Below are positions 47,959 through 52,157 of a stretch of DNA of 52,157 nucleotides, in pieces. The notes below the pieces were generated by a model. The model saw nothing but the letters and a program-made list of their open reading frames with translations, was not told where the DNA came from and made no database searches. The position numbers were made by a program, and so were the translations under genes. Origin of the DNA: an archaeon (GTDB taxonomy: Archaea > Nanobdellota > Nanobdellia > SCGC-AAA011-G17 > PNOQ01); assembly GCA_018652475.1 (NCBI GenBank), contig JABICB010000010.1, forward strand, positions 1 to 52,157, in the 5' to 3' direction. Position 1 is the stretch's first letter. Each line of letters opens with the position of its first letter.

Positions 47959-50400
47959 ATGGATTTTCATAAGATTGAGAAGAAGTGGCAAAAGAAATGG
48001 GAAGATGAGAAAATCTTCGAAGTTAAAGAATCTAAAAAAGATAAATATTATGTTTTAGAGATGTTTCCATATCCTTCAGGTTCTGGACTTCACATGGGTC
48101 ATGCTTTCAATTATACTATTGGTGATATTCTTACTCGTTTTAAAAGAATGCAAGGATTCAATGTTATGTATCCGATGGGTTACGATTCTTTTGGTTTGCC
48201 AGCTGAAAATGCAGCCATAAAAAATAAAGCTCATCCTAAAAAATTTACAGAAGATGCTATAAAAAATTATATTTCTCAACAAAAAAGTCTTGGTCTTAGT
48301 TATGATTGGAGCAAGATGATCAAAACTAGTTCTCCAGAGTATTATAAATGGGATCAATGGATTTTTTCAAAAATGTTTGAAAAGGGATTGGCTTACAAAA
48401 AAACTTCTCCAGTAAATTGGTGTCCTGAATGTAACACAGTCCTAGCTAATGAACAAGTTCATAATGGATATTGTTGGAGACATGAAGATACTAAAGTCGA
48501 GATTAAAAAACTAAATCAATGGTACTTAAAAATTACTGATTATGCTGATGAACTCTATGATGGTTTAGAGAAATTGAAAGAATGGCCAGATTCTATAAAG
48601 AAACTTCAAAAAAATTGGATAGGAAAAAGTTTTGGAACTGAAATTAATTTCGAGATTGAAGGAGAAAAATGGCCAATTTTCACAACAAGAGCAGACACCC
48701 TGTTTGGTGTAACTTTCTTGGTTATCTCTGCACAACATTCTAAATTATTTGATATTGTTAGTGATGAACAAAAAAATAAAGTTAGTAAATTTGTTAGTAA
48801 ATTAAATTCTGTTAGTTCTGAAGATATAGAAAAACTTGAGAAAGAAGGAATATTTACAGGCAGTTATGCTACTCATCCTTTGACTGGGGAAAAAATACCC
48901 GTTTATGCAGGTAACTTTGTATTGGCAGAGTATGGTTCTGGAATGGTGATGGCAGTACCTGCACATGATCAAAGGGATTATGAATTTGCAAAAAAATATG
49001 ATATTCCTATCAAAATAGTAATCAGTGCTGATGGAAAAAGGACTAAATTAGATCGAGCATTTACTGAACAAGGAATTTTATTTGATTCTGGTGAATTCTC
49101 CGGATTAAATTCATTCCAAGCTAAACAAAACATAACTAAATACTTGACTTCTAAAAAACTTGGTAAGAAAACTAAGAACTTTAGAATTAGAGATTGGTTA
49201 ATTTCTAGGCAAAGATTCTGGGGAACACCAATTCCAATAATTTACTGTGAAGATTGTGGTCCAGTTGCTGTTCCTGAAAAAGATCTTCCCGTTGAACTTC
49301 CAACAAATATAAAATTTGATAGCTCTGAAAATCCTTTAAAGAAAAATAAAACATTCTTAGAAGCAAATTGCCCAAAATGTGGTAAAAAAGGTAGAAGAGA
49401 AACTGATACTATGGATACTTTTGTTAACTCCTCATGGTATTATCTTAGATATTGTGATTCTGGTAATGATAAGAAGATATTTAACAAGTCTAAAGTAAAT
49501 TATTGGGCTCCAGTTGACACATACATAGGTGGAAAAGAACATGCATGTATGCACCTTATTTATATCAGATTTTATACTAAATTTTTGAGAGATTTGGGTC
49601 TTTTAAATTTTGATGAGCCTGCTGTTCGTCTATTTAACCAAGGAATGTTACATGGCGAAGATGGCGAAAAGATGAGTAAGTCGAAAGGTAATGTTGTGCT
49701 GCCAGAAAGCGTTTCCAAAGAGTATGGAATTGATACTGCTAGATTATTTTTAATTTCGATTGCTTCCCCGGACAAAGATATTGATTGGGATGTGAAAGGA
49801 ATTGAAGGGAGCTCAAGATTTTTGAACAAAGTTTTTGAGAAGGTTTCTAGTTTGAAAATTAGTAAAACTAGTGCTAGACTTTCTAGTAAATTAAATAAAA
49901 CAATAAAAGAAGTTAGTTCAGATATTGAAGAGTTTAAATATAATTTAGCCGTTATTAAACTTAGATCATTATTCGACGCTATTGAAGAGATTAGTAAAAA
50001 AGATTTAGAAAGTGCTTTGAAACTATTGTCTCCATTCTGCCCACATATTGCTGAAGAACTTTGGTCTAAAATTGGTGGAAAAGGTTTTATTAGTTTAGCT
50101 AAATGGCCAAAAGTTGATGAGTCTAAAATTGATGAATCTTTTGAGAAACAAGATTTAATGGTTAGTAAATTGATTGAAGATATAAATAATATTTCTAAAA
50201 TTGTTCCCGGAAAAAAGAAAGTGTTTGTTTACGTCCTACCTAATGAAAAACAAGATTATTTGGATAATTTAGAGAGTATTAAAGTTAGAACTAGTATTTC
50301 TGATTTAACTATCTATGCAGTTAATGATAAAGATAAAAAAGATCCCGAGAATAAATCTAAGAAAGTAAAACCCGGTAGGCCAGGAATTCATTTTGAATGA
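47959..50400 (+). CDS. leuS: Leucine--tRNA ligase (bacterial-type core, archaeal-type C-terminus)
   Basis: MFPYPSG.GLHMGH, FTTRADT, MAVPAHDQRD, DWLISRQRFWG, KMSKS; ends DPENKSKKVKPGRPGIHFE. Confidence 0.97.
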   Translation: MDFHKIEKKWQKKWEDEKIFEVKESKKDKYYVLEMFPYPSGSGLHMGHAFNYTIGDILTRFKRMQGFNVMYPMGYDSFGLPAENAAIKNKAHPKKFTEDAIKNYISQQKSLGLSYDWSKMIKTSSPEYYKWDQWIFSKMFEKGLAYKKTSPVNWCPECNTVLANEQVHNGYCWRHEDTKVEIKKLNQWYLKITDYADELYDGLEKLKEWPDSIKKLQKNWIGKSFGTEINFEIEGEKWPIFTTRADTLFGVTFLVISAQHSKLFDIVSDEQKNKVSKFVSKLNSVSSEDIEKLEKEGIFTGSYATHPLTGEKIPVYAGNFVLAEYGSGMVMAVPAHDQRDYEFAKKYDIPIKIVISADGKRTKLDRAFTEQGILFDSGEFSGLNSFQAKQNITKYLTSKKLGKKTKNFRIRDWLISRQRFWGTPIPIIYCEDCGPVAVPEKDLPVELPTNIKFDSSENPLKKNKTFLEANCPKCGKKGRRETDTMDTFVNSSWYYLRYCDSGNDKKIFNKSKVNYWAPVDTYIGGKEHACMHLIYIRFYTKFLRDLGLLNFDEPAVRLFNQGMLHGEDGEKMSKSKGNVVLPESVSKEYGIDTARLFLISIASPDKDIDWDVKGIEGSSRFLNKVFEKVSSLKISKTSARLSSKLNKTIKEVSSDIEEFKYNLAVIKLRSLFDAIEEISKKDLESALKLLSPFCPHIAEELWSKIGGKGFISLAKWPKVDESKIDESFEKQDLMVSKLIEDINNISKIVPGKKKVFVYVLPNEKQDYLDNLESIKVRTSISDLTIYAVNDKDKKDPENKSKKVKPGRPGIHFE

Positions 50401-50441
50401 TTAAATTTATAAAATCAGGATTATTATGAGTCCATTAGATA

Positions 50442-51191
50442 ATGGAAATAAAACTAGATAAAATATACGAATCCCAACGTTCTGAAAATCAAGATATAGT
50501 CGATTTTGATAAGAATCATAAAAAAAGACCTTCATGGGTTAAGGCAGATTTAGATAAAAAAATAATATTTATAAAAATATTAGTTGATGGAGAGGCATTC
50601 TGGTATAGGAGATATTTTGAAAATTTTTATTTTATTTTTGAACCTACTTCTGAAGATTATAAAAATTATTATAATGAAATTGCTGATAAATATGAACAAT
50701 ATGTCCCATATAATAAAAAACTTGTAGGAAAATTATTAAATTTCTTTAATGAATTAAATATTAGAAAATCTGCTAAAATATTAGATGTTGGATCAGGTAC
50801 TGGAATTGTTACGGAAGGCATTGTGAAGGGAGGATATTCAAATATTACTTTGCTTGATCTCTCTGAAAATGAATTAAATATTGCTAAAGCTAAGGGTATT
50901 TTAAAAAATGCAAACTATCAAAATATCGATTTAACACAGGAGGATATTGAAGGAAAATTTGATTTAATTTTCGGAACTATGTCCCTAGAATATTTCAAGG
51001 GCGAAAAAATGGTAGGTGTTCTTAAAAAAATCCATAATGCTCTTTCCGAAAAAGGTAAAGTTATTGTGATCGATAGGCATATTTATTCAGAATTTAATGA
51101 ATTTTTTAAAGAAATTGAAAATGGAAAATTTGAGTTAGAAACTCCTGATGGAACTTACGATTATTTTTATTATGTTGGTGAAAAGAAATGA
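50442..51191 (+). CDS. Class I SAM-dependent methyltransferase
   Basis: ILDVGSGTG, LLDLS, FDLI, L...GKV. Confidence 0.88.
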   Translation: MEIKLDKIYESQRSENQDIVDFDKNHKKRPSWVKADLDKKIIFIKILVDGEAFWYRRYFENFYFIFEPTSEDYKNYYNEIADKYEQYVPYNKKLVGKLLNFFNELNIRKSAKILDVGSGTGIVTEGIVKGGYSNITLLDLSENELNIAKAKGILKNANYQNIDLTQEDIEGKFDLIFGTMSLEYFKGEKMVGVLKKIHNALSEKGKVIVIDRHIYSEFNEFFKEIENGKFELETPDGTYDYFYYVGEKK

Positions 51192-51355
51192 TATATTATC
51201 AAAATTAAGAGAAGTGGAAATTGTATCAATATTTTTTGTAAGTGATTTATTAATTGAAGATAACTGGGAACCAGGATTCCACAAAGTAGATTATAAGAAA
51301 AACATGCATGATGTTTTAGATTTGAGTATAGAATTTCTTCAAGAAATTTGAATGA

Positions 51356-52156
51356 TTATTTATTTGAGTTTAATGTTTCATGTATTATTGGAATAGTATT
51401 ACCTTTATCATCCTTAAATTTCTGATAATAATCTGAGGGATTGTTGTATAAATTCCCCCAATCTACTATGGTCGTGTCACTTACTGCACTCCGAGTATTA
51501 ATTATTGAAACTGATGCGTGTCCAGGAATATCATTCATTAAAATTTCAATACCCTCCAATCCTAATTTTTCTTTTGCATTACCCAATAGTATGCTTGTGA
51601 ATATTGCTTTTTCGTAACAAACAGATTTACCTTCAAAAAGCATAGTAGATAGTTCTGGAGCAATAAACATTAGGGAGCTGTGATGACCTTCCTTGGAAAA
51701 CATAGTATTAAGCATCGAGGTTACCTTGCCCAGTATCCCCTTCCTTAGATATGGCTTTGACCATGCCTCCCATTTTTCAGTCTTATCTTCTGTTTTTATC
51801 GCCCTATCATGATCATAATCAAATAAATCCCATGCAACTATTGTTGTTGTTTCTGCAATGACATAAAATGTTTCTAATGGGTCATCTATTTCTTCACTCA
51901 TAACAGTACCCATTATATCATTCATTAAAATCTCCGTATTTTCCCCTATATTTACACTTAAGGATCCGGCACCTACATCATAGCCCCCCATACCAGTTGG
52001 ATCAATTAAATTTAATGGATTATTATTAACATAAGAATAAGCATGATTTTCTTTTACTGGATCAACTGAAGTAAATCTTCCTGATTCAGAATCATAATAT
52101 CTAGCGCCAAAATAGTATAAGTTACTTTCATCTAATTCTTTTCCGGTTGCAAAACT
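51356..52156 (-). CDS. RHS repeat-associated core protein with transglutaminase/papain-like C-terminal domain (5' end off the right edge)
   Basis: The frame stays open upstream of the track's Met: SFATGKELDESNLYYFGARYYDSESGRFTSVDPVKENHAYSYVNNNPLNLIDPTG. After DPTG come VCYEKA, GHASV and VDWG. Confidence 0.88.
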   Translation of the reverse strand, partial: SFATGKELDESNLYYFGARYYDSESGRFTSVDPVKENHAYSYVNNNPLNLIDPTGMGGYDVGAGSLSVNIGENTEILMNDIMGTVMSEEIDDPLETFYVIAETTTIVAWDLFDYDHDRAIKTEDKTEKWEAWSKPYLRKGILGKVTSMLNTMFSKEGHHSSLMFIAPELSTMLFEGKSVCYEKAIFTSILLGNAKEKLGLEGIEILMNDIPGHASVSIINTRSAVSDTTIVDWGNLYNNPSDYYQKFKDDKGNTIPIIHETLNSNK

Positions 52157-52157
52157 A

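Noticed and set aside
51148-51351. 67-aa ORF as RHS immunity protein
   Set aside because: It is on the opposite strand to the RHS gene and its start lies inside the methyltransferase; possibly a gene fragment

Overview
AT-rich archaeal chromosome segment from a DPANN lineage. Woesearchaeota/Pacearchaeota-like affiliation is inferred from split Rpo1 and Rpo2, TFB, a C1-G72 intron-containing tRNA-Tyr, a bacterial-core LeuRS and the small membrane-protein families present. The core blocks are mre11-rad50, tsaC, tRNA-Asp/tRNA-Lys followed by the RNA polymerase operon (rpo5, rpo2N, rpo2C, rpo1N, rpo1C, L30e, nusA, S12, S7), kae1, tfb, S8e, L37e, Sm, EF-2, EF-1alpha, S10, glmS and leuS. Five tRNAs are present: Pro-GGG, Tyr-GTA with intron, Asp-GTC, Lys-TTT and Ser-GGA. 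Accessory regions lie at about 6.1-8.9 kb (a phage T5 A1-like phosphoesterase/nuclease plus a second phosphoesterase) and about 35.3-47.9 kb (many small standalone genes). Both window ends fall inside minus-strand genes that look like short RHS-core proteins. The most unusual signals are: (1) a hairpin-rich non-coding element at 39.4-39.5 kb, resembling an IS200/IS605 end, followed directly by a 40-nt perfect copy of the pore-loop region of an AAA+ ATPase gene 6.2 kb away; (2) an RNA polymerase active-site motif reading GADFDGD instead of NADFDGD, with trigger-loop changes; (3) an RHS core with a transglutaminase-like tip and no immunity gene; (4) a 52-bp promoter block shared by two unrelated genes; (5) two secreted proteins ending in bacterial beta-barrel-like C-terminal signals. 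All family assignments come from motif recognition by eye; no searches were run.
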